Part shown: positions 12,997-28,760 of the stretch, piece by piece
Position numbering within the stretch: the stretch's first letter is position 1
Layout: each line of letters begins with the position of its first letter
Assembly (NCBI GenBank): GCA_951406725.2
Contig: OX597832.1
Span: 66,898,001-66,962,000, forward strand
Direction of reading: 5' to 3'
DNA from: Octopus vulgaris
Taxonomy: Eukaryota
DNA: 64,000 nt
Made by a program: the position numbers and the translations under genes
Notes under the pieces: model-generated
Databases searched by the model: none
What the model was told of the DNA's origin: nothing
Seen by the model: the letters and a program-made list of their open reading frames with translations, nothing else

Positions 12997-14852
12997 TGCA
13001 ATTATATTGGATTCTGAAAATCCAGCAGCAATTTGTTCCCCAGGGCCAATTAGCACTGGAAACTGATTCTAAAGGAAGGATTTCTCTGACGTTGTATGAG
13101 GTTTATTTGAACAGTTCCGAAACGCAAATCCAATATCTTGAGTCTTACGGTTGATTAGGTCGCAGAATTGAAACTGATCATAACCTATAGAACTGCATAA
13201 ACCGCTTTCAACATCTGCGAAAAGATGAAGATGTAGAGTCAGCGCTGCATGAAGAAGCATGCTCTGCTTGACAAGCTAAAAATTCCGTCCTTGATGGTGT
13301 TGAAAGAAATCACTGTGACGTTAAATAAACACCAACTAGAACAGTAGCAACAAAACGACGATGACGACAATATAACATCAACAGCGACAACAAAACAGCG
13401 GAACGAATAATATTTTAATATTTTATCTGGGAAAAAATATAAACGAATCCATTTAAAATAATGAAAGTCTTTGAAGTTAAAAAGAAAATAGAAAATTCGA
13501 ACGGTTTGGTTGTGTAATGGTATTTGTGTTTTCTCTGCGCATGTGTGTCTGTGTGGCTATATACATGTGAAAATGTTTCTGTTTGGCTACAAATGGGCGA
13601 GTGTGAATATGTGTGTTTGTGTGTGTTCCCGCGAAATTTCTCTGCATATGTATGTGTGTGCACCTAAAGATGTATTCCTGGGTATGCATTCTTGTGTAAT
13701 GTCCTCTGTGTACTTAATCGATTTGTGTTTGTACATGTAATTCTGTTTCTGTTTGTGTAACTGTGTATATTCTGATTTTGCTCAAGCGTAAATATATTTG
13801 TGTGTTTGCACGTACAGGAATTCGTGTGTTCAAGAGTGTATATTTTCCTCTGCATACATACATGGAGATCTAGCAATGTATGTTTACGTGCGTGCAAGTA
13901 ATTAGCCATATATGTAAAGTTCATACAAGTTTGTATCTCTTTATATAAGTATGTGGAATCATACCTGCTCATATATGTAAATATTTGCGTATACAACTAT
14001 ATACATGTCCCTGCTCGTGCCTGTTGATGCTTTTATAAAGATTTTACTTCATGTGTTGGAGCATGTGTGTATATATATATATGCGTGTGTGTGTTTTTAT
14101 ATAAGTGTATGTAATTAACATTGTATGTGCACATGTATATCTATGTATGTGTATGTTTCTATTTGCGTTTGAACCATTCCGTGACTGCGATTCTTCATTT
14201 GTTTCTCGGTGTGTATGTGTGTATTACGTTCCGTGTGTACATATGGATATGAGTTTACGAGTAGCTGCGTAATATGCATCTTTTTTTCGAAGTCTGTGAA
14301 TATGCATACGTATGTGTGTGTTTGTGAGTGTCTGAGTGTGTGTGTGTGTGCATAAATGTAACGTACCACCTGAATGTGCATGTGTATAATTCTCCTCATT
14401 TCTATGTGCAATAATATCGGTGGTCTATATGTGCAAGTAAATGCAAATATGCATATCAATGCACTATGGATGTACATATTCACATGTATATTTGTGTTAC
14501 GCACGCGTGTGTAGCAGTAGATCTGTTCTTATGTGTATGATTGCACATGTATGCAAAACTATGTATGCTATCCTGTATATATATGTATACGAGAGAAATA
14601 AGAAAGTGACTGCGTATAATATGGACTCACACAAATTAACAATGACGTTTAATAATGGAAAAAAGTCTATTTTAAATTTTGTTTATATTATACTTGGTTT
14701 GTATTTTCGGCAATTTTTATATTGCTACCTTGAAACTTCATCAATACTGCTCCAGGCTGTTTAACGTAATGGGAAATTCAAAAGCCTTATCATGAATTAA
14801 TTTCACTGCATAGTCGAATTTACTTCCTGCCTGGCCCCAACACCATCTCGCT

Positions 14853-14908
<56 letters not shown>

Positions 14909-14952
14909 CATGTCCATGTATACATAATTAAATATACATACACGTATGCATA

Positions 14953-15008
<56 letters not shown>

Positions 15009-15029
15009 CATATATATATATATATATAC

Positions 15030-15086
<57 letters not shown>

Positions 15087-15632
15087 AATGTATGTATGTA
15101 TGTGTGTAGGTATACATATGCACATATAAATATATACAGGCATATATATATATATATACACACACACACAAAAATTTATATAGATGTATGTGAGAGCGTC
15201 CTTTTTACTCTCTCTATTTCCAACTTACTCTGTCCCTCTCTCTCTTTCACATAGCCACACTGTCGCTCTCCAATTAACATTCTCTGTCACATAATATCTG
15301 TCAACTGCTTTCGCATCTGCATACATGTTTATATGCATATATGCATCCATCGAAACTATCTATCTATCTTTCTACAAATCTCCCATGGATTTTTACTCCA
15401 TAATTTCTTCAAAGGAAATCACATTGATCCCTTGTCCATTTTCGAAATATTATTTACAAATATGATATTTGGTGTTTCCCTACACAAGTTTTTTTATAAA
15501 CAATTGCTATGATCCCTCAATACATACACACATTAATACATGTATAATATATGTATATAAATACACATGCATATACATATATATATATATATATATATAA
15601 ATATATATAGATGTGTATATATATATATATAT

Positions 15633-15678
<46 letters not shown>

Positions 15679-15795
15679 GTATATATATAGATAAAGAATT
15701 ACATACACGCAAACACACATACACACAATTATATTTATACTGTTCATCTATGCATCAGTTTAAACTCTCCGATGTAGTACTCAATTCTGCTTCTA

Positions 15796-15889
15796 TTGTT
15801 ATATTTATTATTATTGATATTATTATTATTATTATTATCATTATTATTAATATTATTATTATTGTTGTTGTTGTTGTTGTTATTATTAA

Positions 15890-15926
<37 letters not shown>

Positions 15927-15970
15927 ATCATCATTATCATTGTTGTTGTTGTTGTTGATGTTGTTGTTAT
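15796..15970. repeat. (TTA)n/(TTG)n microsatellite
   Basis: Directly visible. Confidence 0.95.
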
Positions 15971-16805
15971 CGTTATTCTTTATATCGATGGTATTGTAGT
16001 TGTTCTGGTTCATGTTGACTATGTCATGTTCTTCTTTTTTTTTATTTAATTCGTGTTTTGTTCTTTTTGTTTTTTCACATTGCTTTTCATTTGTTTTTCT
16101 TCCAAGTATTGATTATTTCAGTGAGATGAATTTAATAAACAATGTTTTCTAGCCTCCGAGTAATTAGGTTCCTAATTTGAACTGCCAAATGAAAAGAAAT
16201 CGATATTTCAAGGAAGCAGGCTTATAGTTAGGATCTCTTTCCTTCAGTATAAATGTTTAACTACCATATTCCAAGCAGAAAATATTTTTACAGAATTGTT
16301 TACAAAATAAAACGAATAAAATTGAGAAATACATTGAAAACAAACATAAATAAAAAATGTTAAATATAATGAAAATATAACAAAAGATATACATAGATTC
16401 ACATACACACATCCCTACATAAATGTACACTTGCAACCATACCGACACTACCGTACACATCTACTCATTTAATCATTACAACAAACTCCGAAACGACTTT
16501 AATTTACAAATGGATTCAACATTTTCTATTTCAAGCAGGGATCCGATTTCCTGCGTATTCGACGAACCATGCGAATACGTATGTACATGTGTGTGTGTGT
16601 ATGTTTCGGTATGTGTGTGTGTGTGCGAGTTGTGTATAACTATTAATAACAGAAGCAGTATTAATATGAAAGGCAATATCTACTTAATGTTGATGTTTTG
16701 TTAGAACGCCGAATACTGCGGTATTCTCCCTATGTAGTCCTTTCATACTCACACACACACACACACACACACGCACACACACACATACACACACATATAT
16801 ATATA

Positions 16806-17127
16806 CTTTCCTTTACTTTCTTACTTGTTTTCAGTCATTTGGCTGCGGCCATGCTAGAACACCGCCTTTAGTCGAGCAAATCGACCCCAAGGTTTATTCT
16901 TTGCAAGCCTGGTATTTATTCTATCGGAACTCTTTTGTCGTACCGCTAAGCTACGGGAAAGTAAACACACCGGCATCGGTTGTCAAGCGATGTTGAGGGG
17001 GAATAAACACAGACACGCAAACACACACATATACATACATATACATACATACGAAGGGTTTCTTTCGGTTTCCGTCTACCAAATCCACTCACAAGGCTTT
17101 GGTTGGCCCGAGGCTATTATAGAAAAC
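16806..17127 (-). mobile_element. SINE family A, lacking tRNA head
   Basis: cagtcatttggctgcggccatgctag...gtctaccaaatccactcacaaggctttggttggcccgaggctat. Confidence 0.88.
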
Positions 17128-17460
17128 ATATATATATATATATAAATATATATATTTATATAACAGAATAATGTGTTATAATACTATTCCACAGGCTTAC
17201 CAACAATCGAATAATACTATTCCACATATGCAAAAACAGTCGTACCAGCAACCCAATATACCTCCATCATCAGCTTCCCCACGGATATCATTATGGTTTC
17301 GACACCTGGATGCAACATTCAAATCGGTGGTGTCAACAGCACAGAAATAAGTGCTGTTTGGGAACAAACAAAGCAAAGAATCCGCAACTTACGAACACAT
17401 TTACCCTGCGTACAACCGTATCGATAATTATGTTGAGTAAGTAAATTACAACCACATCTA

Positions 17461-17512
<52 letters not shown>

Positions 17513-17813
17513 TGTATATGCGCGAGCGGGTGGGTGTGAGTGTGCATGTGTATAGTAAGTGTGGGATATAATATCCAGGCAGATACCGAATATCTCTTTT
17601 TTTTTGTAAACTTCCTTTATCTCCCATCCGATGTTCCAGTTTATTTCTTGGCTACTTACAATATTTATAATAAAGGGAATGCAGAGAATGAAGGAATTTG
17701 AACTTCATTAATAAACTGGAAATATACATAAAGTATGAATGTCCAAATTCGTCATTTACCTCATTGTCCTCACACACACATACATACATACATACATACA
17801 TACATACATAAAT

Positions 17814-17892
<79 letters not shown>

Positions 17893-18972
17893 ATATATAT
17901 CGTTAGCAGATGAGAATCGATTGTTGTGGGTATGGGAACTGCTGTGCATCATCGGGGGCTAAATTCTGGAGTTTATTTACATTTGAAATATCATGAAAAT
18001 ATGTAAATAAATAGCCCGTATATATAATGATTCCTTGCATAAAAACGCGGAAAATAAGAGAAGAAACAAACGAAAAAAGACATTGAGTTGCCGGGCGCTA
18101 AATGTGCTTAGGTCAAACATCATTTAGAATTAAGAAACCTCTGTCGCTTTTAACTGCATAAAAACCAAGAAAAGGAAAAGGAATGATTTCTACCATAGAT
18201 TTATCTTCATCGTTGATGGAATTGTATATTCGAAGGTATCAGCACGTGTACTTTATCAACCAGAATTCAGAACCCATTTGAATGCGCCAAGTGGCATACC
18301 AACGTTAGTATTACTAGATTATCTAACATAAGGTATGAAATGCATAAACGAATTAGATAATTAATTAATTAGCTACAGCAGGAACACCACAGCAGCAAAG
18401 CCAATCAATATAACGGCCCATTTCTGTTGAATTTTGGTTTATGTTCGATATAAATGATTTTAAATATTGAAATTTCTCGGTAGACAGAAAATTATTGTAT
18501 GTGTACAATGGTGTTTGATCAAATCGAGTGGAAGCCCAAGGGAATCAATCAAATAACGATTTTAAATTTTCAGGATAAATATGAAAACATATTTATGTTT
18601 AAATATTAAGCTGGCCTTGTGTCAATTTTTGAAACCGATATTTAAATATGAATTCATAAGGAAAACAATAGCTTAACTCATGGAAGTAAGCGCACAATTA
18701 ACATTTCTGATCCTACATACAACTTGTTGCCACTTTAGCATGTCAGATCAATAGTTATTAGTTAGCAGATTATCTGTAATTATAAAATGAAGGTATTTCA
18801 TCTTCAATTTCGAGGAAATATATCTAAACGTTAAAATTTCAAGCAAGCAATATTTTACATGGAACAATTCGAGAAGCCGACTTAAGTTTACATTCGTCTA
18901 CAGTTGGAAGCGAATTTAAAATATACGTTTGTCTACTCTAAATATTTCACACACACATGTATAAATATATAC

Positions 18973-19447
18973 TCGTCACTCGTTGGATCAGTGTCCTTCA
19001 GTCAGTTCTCTCCTGGGCCGCTTCTTTCAGATTGGCTATGTCCATTCCGATATCCGTCTTGATGGTGTCAAGCCAGCGGGTTCTTGGTCGGCCTCTTCCT
19101 CTCTTGTCACTGACCATTCCGAGCATGATGTCCTTCTCCAGGGATTTTCTCCGCATAGTATGACCGAAATATGCCAATCTATGCTTGGTGATCCTAGCTT
19201 CTAGCGACATTTTCGGCCTGATCTGCTTAAGAACTTCTCCATTGGTGAGCCTCGCTGTCCATGGAATCCGTAAAAGTCTTCTCCAACATCAAAGCTCGAA
19301 TGCATTAATTCTCGTCTGGTCAGCTTTCTTTAGTGTCCAGGTCTCGCATCCATATGTTGCTATTGGGAAGACAATTGCATTCACCAATCTGCATTTGGTA
19401 GCGAGTCTGATGTCTCTACCCTTCCAGACCCTGCTCATGCTGACCAT
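18973..19447 (-). mobile_element. RTE-clade (BovB-like) LINE 3' fragment
   Basis: Translation LVNAIVFPIATYGCETWT...RLAYFGHTMRRKSLEKDIMLG...RGRGRPRTRWLDTI is the typical RTE ORF C-terminus. Confidence 0.9.
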
Positions 19448-19979
19448 ATATATATATATATATATATAATATCTACAGAGAGAGTCCTATAGGTAGAAAA
19501 GTGTATATATTGACATGGATAGAGACATATCTATATATATGGGAAATAACTTCTTTTTATACATGTCATTGCAGTTTGTTCGAAACAATAAACGTCCAAA
19601 CTCCAGTTCCCAGTTTTTCACAGTCTTAACTTCAAGAATTAGATTATATCTGACATTTCATCGCACCTTATATACTGGTGGAACAATTCAAAACGTCTTG
19701 TGTACGTCACCAGTCATCTCTCTCAAACACTTGACCATTAGTCTTTCATGTCTGTAGCAATGTCTTGACTTTTCCATTCTTCATGTAAGTGTTTTTTGCA
19801 CATTTATATAAGCATGTTGTCGTTCTATGAGTATCGCTTCCACTATTATGTATAAATATTCATTTTGTTGTGGGTGGTAATGGATTTATGAAATTCATTG
19901 TCCCAAACAAATTGCAAGAAAGTGATAAAAAATAGGATAATTCTGTAATAAAGAGAGAATATTTTTTGTATTGAATACG

Positions 19980-20297
19980 TTGGTGAATGCAATTGTCTTC
20001 CCAATAGCAACAAATGGATGCGAGACCTGGACACTAAAGAAAGCTGACCAGAAGTGAATTAATGCATTCGAGCTTTGATGTTGGAGAAGACTTTTACGGA
20101 TTCCATGGACAGCGAGGCTCACCAATGGAGAAGTTCCTAAGCAGATCAGGCCGACCAAGAACCTGCTGGCTTGACACCATCAGGAGGGATATCAGAATGG
20201 ACATAGCCAATCTGAAAGAAGCGGCCCAGGATAGAACTGACTGGAGGACACTGATCCAACGAGTGACCGAGAGTCGACTTCGACTGAGCGGATAGAT
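19980..20297 (+). mobile_element. RTE-clade LINE 3' fragment with internal deletion
   Basis: Near-identical to 18973-19390 but in the opposite orientation. Ends gagtcgacttcgactgagcggata, a BovB-like tail. Confidence 0.9.
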
Positions 20298-20624
20298 AAA
20301 TACACACACACACACACACATGTATATATATATATATATATATTTGTAAAATATACACCGAAATTCTTCTATTTTTAAAAATGAAACGAGTAAATTTTCC
20401 AAACGGTTCATCAATTCACAACTTCATTCTGAAGAGTGTGTCCTGTAATGGACTGGTGGTTAATCAATTATATTTCTTAATACACCCATAGTCTTTATGC
20501 GTGTACATTGTGGTATATGTGTGTCTCATCTATATTAATGCATGATGATAACCATTGAAGTACGTATGTTTATATATATATATATACATACATGACTGTC
20601 TGTAGGTATTTCAATATATAAATA

Positions 20625-20658
<34 letters not shown>

Positions 20659-21118
20659 CGAGAGTGTGTGTGCATGTGTGGGTGTGAGTGAATACATACA
20701 TAAGTACATTCACAAATTTACATATTGTTTTATGCTGTTTATTTAGACTTGCGTTGATGTAACTCTCGTTTTGAAAAGATACAAAGAAAAGATACACTTT
20801 CTCCTTCATTATATGATTCAGTATCATTAAAATAGCGAATCCCTTGTGAATTTCTCGACTTAATCTTATATATTCTTTGAAGAAGAAACTGAATAGGAAA
20901 TTTCCTTTTCCTCGCTGATATCGCAGATTATGTTATATTGGGAGTACCAAATCGTATTTCTTACCTGATCATATATCGCCAGCTTATAATTATATATACA
21001 AATGTGTGTGTGAGAAAGAGAGAGAGAGAGAAAGTGTGTGTGTGCATGTGAGACGGTTTGTGTGTGGTGGGTGAATGGGTGGATGTGTGTGTGTGCCGGT
21101 GTATGTCTATATATATAT

Positions 21119-22110
<992 letters not shown>

Positions 22111-22113
22111 TAA

Positions 22114-22173
<60 letters not shown>

Positions 22174-22759
22174 ACTGCGAGAGAGAGAGACAGAAACGGA
22201 AGGTAGAGTAATATATAGATAGATAGATAGAGAGAGAGGGAGAGAGAGATACATCCATTAGACATACCCTCATATTCTATTTCCTGTGAAATAACGTCCC
22301 ATTCCTGGCATATAATGATATATAAGCTTTCTGTTTCAAGTCTGTTACCTGATAATATATTTTGTAAACTAGTTGTTACATTATTCAAGGAATTAGCTAC
22401 TGAAATATTCACCTGTGGTGGTTGCGGTAGGTGGATATTAAATATAAAGGTTTCTAGGCTGCGATAGGATTTGAAATTAAAGAACAAAAATCTTAAAGAA
22501 ATGCTGTCAGGTGTCTCTATGCAAGCTTTAACGTCTCGGCATTCTGTTACTATGATTGGTATCACACCGATTAGGTCTGTAAAGCTAGCAGGCGAAGTTG
22601 ATGTGAGTGGGATTTGAACTCGAAATATCTGATACTGGAATACCTACAGAAAACTACTAGAAAACATTTAGACCGATCCATTTCTTATGCGTGTGTATAT
22701 CTTTGTCACTCACTTTTTAACTCTTTTTTACACACACACACATATATGTGTGTGTGTGT

Positions 22760-23172
22760 GTAATATTAATAACAATAAAGTGTATGGAGACTTGTACATC
22801 CACAAAAATTATTTTATATTTATAATCTATCTACTATTCACTGTTGCAAATGGAACCTTACAACATTGTCGGTGAAGCTTCTTCAGGGCCCGTCCATTTG
22901 GTCATCCTCGAAGTGAACTGATTGAAGTAATTTCTTGTTAGTTAAGGGAGGTGGAGATTTTGATAATTATAGGCATTTATTGCTGACTTCAAATTCACAC
23001 ATTTCGCTGTCCGAATTGAAAGCTAGGGCTAGGTTGAGATTAGTGCTTTTGTGAGGTTCTTTGTTTTAATGGTTGTATGCGTTATGTTTTTGATTTCGCG
23101 TATTGAAGGGTTCATGTTTGTGTGTCTGGTTGTGTTGGACATGATCTGTGTTATACATGGAGTAGGGTATTT
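22760..23172 (-). mobile_element. Penelope-like 3' remnant (second family)
   Basis: The minus strand resembles a Penelope GIY-YIG C-terminus (IREIKN...IK...SEMCEFEVSNKCL...NK), followed by a CTGAAGA-containing degenerate HHR at about 22856-22890. Confidence 0.5.
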
Positions 23173-23226
23173 GTTTTTATATATATTTTATATACATCCC
23201 CCTCTCTCTCTCTCTCTTTCTCTCTC

Positions 23227-23362
<136 letters not shown>

Positions 23363-23639
23363 CATTTTTTCACGTTAAAGGAAGTAACTCAAAGCAGAGA
23401 GAGGAAGGAAACCAGAGACGAGATGAAAAGCGAAATAAAAGAGGAAAGAAATAGAAAATGAATGATATTATAATGTTAATGGTGGTGGTACGCTATTATT
23501 TCTTTTTTTTTGTCGTTTGTGACACTTGATGTTTCCAGTTATTAATAGATGGGCTGGTGGATGCAAGTATTCATTGGCCCATACAGGGATGCATGGATAA
23601 ATAGAGAGGGGAAGTGTGAGGGCGAAAGAGAGAAACAGA

Positions 23640-23820
23640 GACAAAAATAACAAAACAAGAACAGGGAGTACACATAGAATGTATTAATTTGACGCTCGGC
23701 GAAGGTTGGTAAAAAGAGGATTTTTAACATTTCGAGTACAGCTCTTCGTCGGAAAGGAAAACGGAAAAGTCCAGAGGAGGAAAAAATATCACCAGCATCG
23801 CTTGTGTGGTTACACGGCTA
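23640..23820 (-). mobile_element. PLE pLTR-like short repeat with hammerhead-like motif
   Basis: 23722-23756 minus: ttt-CCGACGA-A-gagc tgt actc-GAAA-tg-TT-aaa. The downstream ccgagcgtcaaattaatacatt resembles 40185-40206. Confidence 0.65.
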
Positions 23821-23838
23821 TATACATATATACATATG

Positions 23839-23879
<41 letters not shown>

Positions 23880-24107
23880 ATATAACATATATATATTATT
23901 TTGCAGATGAGAGGGAATGAAGTATCCACAATCATTTACACAATATAAGGAGATTGAAGAAGGAATTGACAAAATAAATTGAACCAGGGTAGGATTCGCT
24001 AAAGATACACATGGCGGAAATGATGGCATTAAACTAGGAGCAGGTTTCAGTCTACATGTGAACAACTTAGAAATAATTAACGAAGGTAAATCATTATATA
24101 TATATAA

Positions 24108-24320
24108 GGCGTTGATCTGGCAGAATCGTTAGCACGCCGGGCGAAATGCTTAGTGGTATTTCGTCTGCCGTTACGTTCTGACTTCAAATTCCGCCGAGGT
24201 TGCCTTTGCCTTTCATCCTTCGTGGTCGATGTACCAGTAACGCATTGGGGTCGATGTAATCGACTTAATCCCTTTGTTTGTCCCCCCTATATTTAGCCCC
24301 CTGTGGGCAATAAAGAAATA
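24108..24320 (+). mobile_element. SINE family B, near full length
   Basis: ggcgttgatctggcagaatcgttagcacgccgggcgaaatgc...tttagccccctgtgggcaataaagaaata. Confidence 0.9.
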
Positions 24321-26717
24321 ATTATATGTATAACCTCTCTCTCCCTCTCTCTCTCTCTCTCTCTTCCTTTCTTACTTCGGACTATTCTGCGTAACAAAAT
24401 TTCACTTTATTGTAAGAAGGGTTTTGCAGTAAATTGTAATTTCATTTCTAAAATATTTGACCGGAACCTCGTTAGCGTGTGAAGTTAAACTTATTTTCTC
24501 AGACCTACTATTTATTAATCAGTCAATGTTATATCTTCTTTAAATTGAAACTTCTTACATTGAAAAGTTAGAAATACTTACATAATTACCTATACTGTCC
24601 TTATGATTTGAGTGTGTTATATAATTGGTAACGTTATACCACAAGAGGATGTAATTTTGATAGTGAGTGATATATAAAGCGGTTTGCGTAGAAGATGGAT
24701 GCGTCAAGAGCCTGCTGAGACTCATATTTCTCCAAATCGATTCCTTTAGAACAGCTTGTTTTCTCCTGAGGGTATTGCGTAATTGTTATTTAAGAGTAAA
24801 ACTATAAGCAGTTTCTTCTATGAAATGTAGAAGTGTGTGAATGTCTATAGTTATATACGGGTGTTTTCTGATATAAAATGTACTCAAAGCAGCATCATGC
24901 AAGAATACATGGCCGTGGATGTATAGGTAAGAATTTCGATTCACAAGGGTGAGTTTGGGTTCCATAGCATTGCTCGTCGCTCAGGACAAACCGCGTCTAA
25001 GACAACTTCGTGGTGATCAAACATTTATAACTGATATTCGGTAGAAAACATTTTCTTAAAATTAACTTAAGATCCGTGAAATTTTCAACACACAAGTTAC
25101 AGCTAATTCATTGCCTCAATTGCTTAAATTAAATGGCATACTTGAGGGTGTCATACTTTTCTCTGAGTACAAAATGTGACAAGAATTAAGATAATATGAC
25201 GCAGCTTCCAAGAATTCGTGCCTTTCTGCAATCAGTTTTAGAATCTTTAGAAATATTTATTTTCCAAATCGTTGCTCCTCTCTCTAAATCTGAACCTACA
25301 TACATAAATACATACATAAATAGATACACACATACAAACACAAACACACTTCTCACATGCGAACTGTGTATACAAAGTTTATGACATAACACATTCAATA
25401 TCATTGCTCCCATATATCTAGATGTGTATATGCGTTTATATGTAAGCATATATGCCTATATGTATGTAATATATATGTACATGCATCTGTATATATATAC
25501 ATATAAATATATATATATATATATATATACATATATGCACACATACACGCATATATATATACATATATATATACAGATAGTTTGACAGGTACCTACCTAC
25601 CTTCCTACTAACCTACCTAACTCCATACATACATATATACATACATATATGCATACATTCATACATACAATATGAACTCCAATTACGTAGGATAATTGCA
25701 GCAATTCTCTTCTACCCTATAATAGAACTGAGACTAAAATATTTATTTGTGTGAAGGAGCTAAAATTACAAACATTTCCACCGATAATAACGACGATAGT
25801 AAACTGAAAATAAAAACTATGTCAAAACAAAGAAGCCATCATCGAAAACAATATCAATTATCACAGCGTTTATTATTTTACAAAATATGAAAATCACGCT
25901 GACACAAATCTTGAATAAAGTATGATTTGCTGGAAAAAGACGGGAAGTAAATTTGAAAGAATAAAAAGAAAAGAAATAACGTCATGCCAGATATTTTTCA
26001 AAAAGTAAAAATATTTATAATATCTTCCGTTCCATCAGTAAAATATTCTGACATTGACGGAAATAAAAAAGTATATTCACGTATGTATATGTAATTGTGT
26101 CTCCAAGTGTATATATATATATATACATATACGTATCTGTGTGTGTGTACAGAAATACTCTAAATATGGTGGACAGAATGAATGAAATAATACGCATAAA
26201 TTGAATCGGGAAAGTGGAATGATGAAAGAAAAGAAAAAAAAAATGAATATATAAAGAGAAAGGAAGAAGACGGGGCAAATGTTCAGATCTGCATTATGTA
26301 TGTGAGAACAAAAACAATAAATATTGAAATGGCACCGATAAATGAATATAATGTAGAAATATAAGAATATTATCAAACATAACAGCGAATCATATAGCAG
26401 CATTTTAGCAATGCAACGTTTATAGAAATACTAAACCGCATCAAAGGGAAATGCGATAGGAACGGTTTATTCTCTAATATATTGATGGAATTCAACGGAA
26501 ATATCTTCAAGAAATTTCACTTTTTAGCTATGAAAACTGCAAGATGAAATATTCGTGTTAGTCTACATGGGTGGTTGAAATTTTAGAATAAATCTTAAAG
26601 CATTTCGCTATCACTAATAAACAACAAAGTGTGGAAGCTAATCAACATGACACAAAGACCCGTTATATCGCATCCAGGAGGGGCAATCATTGCAATGCTT
26701 AAGACTTTGCTAACCTG

Positions 26718-26773
<56 letters not shown>

Positions 26774-28520
26774 ACTTAAAAGTTACATTGTTAATGTATG
26801 ACTGTATGATTTGCATACTCTTATATTCATCCGAGAATAAGCTGTTATATTTTGTGCATGAGGGTCAAAGAGCGAATTCTGCCTGAGCCCCATGGCTTTA
26901 ACCTTTGAAATAATTCAAATAGCATTTGAAATCTGCTCTTATATGTACATGTGTCCGTGGAGCTAATCCTGATTGTTCATTACTGTATCGGTATTGGTAT
27001 ACAGGCAATGGTGTTTTTGGGAGATTTTTAGTTAGTGTAAGCCGTGTTAAACTGACAGTGAAACCAACAGTGAATGGGGAATCTTTGACTTCAGAAAGTC
27101 TGCTAGTAGAACACTCATAGACAAAATATGGAAATGTATGTGATGGTGACTCCAAAACCGGTGCGATATCTCATGACTTCTTCCCTTGGATTACTTAGCA
27201 GAGACGTCAAGGTGGAATACCAGGCATAAAACGAAGTTCGCTGTCTTTCAGCTAACACCATGTAGAGAATCTATTCAAGATAAGTTACATGCTTACAGGG
27301 ATGCAGATAGGAGGCAGCAATAAATCAGATTTGGTATTGCCCTTGACACCTAATCACAAAACAAACCAATGCAAATGAAAACTTCTACGCAAATATCAAA
27401 TAATGAAATTACTGCTGAATTTTCAAACACGTTACACTGGTTTTTCTCGTGATCTAGGACATATCACAACCTACAGACACGTATGCCATATATCATTTTC
27501 CCCACCTAGAAGGCACAGATCTCTCAAATCCTACCTACTGCTAACCTCAGCTGTCTAGAGTATACTATGCACTCTAAAGTTTGTGGCTGTTTGCATATTT
27601 ATATTCCAGTCTTTGTATTTCATAATTTTCACTTTGATACCATCAGAGACTTCGAGTTATTCTTCTTAAATCCTTACTATTTTACTCCTCCACAGATTTT
27701 GGAATTCTTGTAACCCCATCTCTAACAACACTTTGAGGATATTTGTCCTGGATACAAAAAATAATTGTCTTCAAACAATCTCTTTACCCTTCACCGGATA
27801 TAAAGAGGGTTTGAACTGAGACAGATGTTTTCACACATACCCAATATATGTTAACTCTCTTCTTCAATCAAACATTGGAGCTCAGTATCTCTCTCTCTTC
27901 TCTCCCTCTCTTCCTGTGTCTCTCAATCTATCTATAAGCCTGTCTCTCACTTGGCAAGGGCCTGCTTTCTATTCCAACATCCGGAACATATAAAATGTTA
28001 GAAAGAAAACGAAACCATATTGATGTCATATTTCGAAGCTCCTTGGAAAGTCATGGCGACATTCATTTATTGGATGAAAAAAGAAAACAATAAAATGAAA
28101 TATTTGAATTCTTAAAATGAATTATTGCCATAAATATGTAATTCAATTTTGATAGATGATTATGTAAGGAAATAGTGAAATAGCTTATCTGTTGGTGGTT
28201 AAGTGGCTGCAAATTTATCGATAGTCCTCATTTGGTATATGATGTGGACTTATACCAATAATTTTGACAAGAAATGATGGCAGAGTTTCTTAAGTGTAAT
28301 TATTAACACCTTCGTCTCGAATGTGATAGACACGTGCTTCGAGGTCCGAGATAAATGTTCGTAAATGTCTTCTTATATAATAATGCATATTTAAAATCTC
28401 AGCTTTTAATATATAAATTGTAATTATGCATACATATATCTGTGTGTTTATGTAAATATACATGTGAATATAGCTACGTATATAGATACGTATTCATATA
28501 TATATATAAGGATATATGTT

Positions 28521-28556
<36 letters not shown>

Positions 28557-28654
28557 TATATATACGTATATATATGTATATATATGTACGTATATATGTA
28601 TGTATATATATACGTATATAATTTATATATATATACTTCTATATATGTACGTAG

Positions 28655-28686
<32 letters not shown>

Positions 28687-28701
28687 GTATATATACATAT
28701 G

Positions 28702-28760
<59 letters not shown>

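Noticed and set aside
13480-14600. Long TG/TA-rich stretch with several ORFs
   Set aside because: Degenerate low-complexity sequence with no periodic unit or coding signal.
17290-17345. Minus-strand ctgttgacacc...ggtgtcgaaa hammerhead-like string
   Set aside because: The core overlaps stem II, and stems I and III do not pair.
26898-27155. 85-aa ORF in unique sequence
   Set aside because: No recognisable motif or convincing splice sites.
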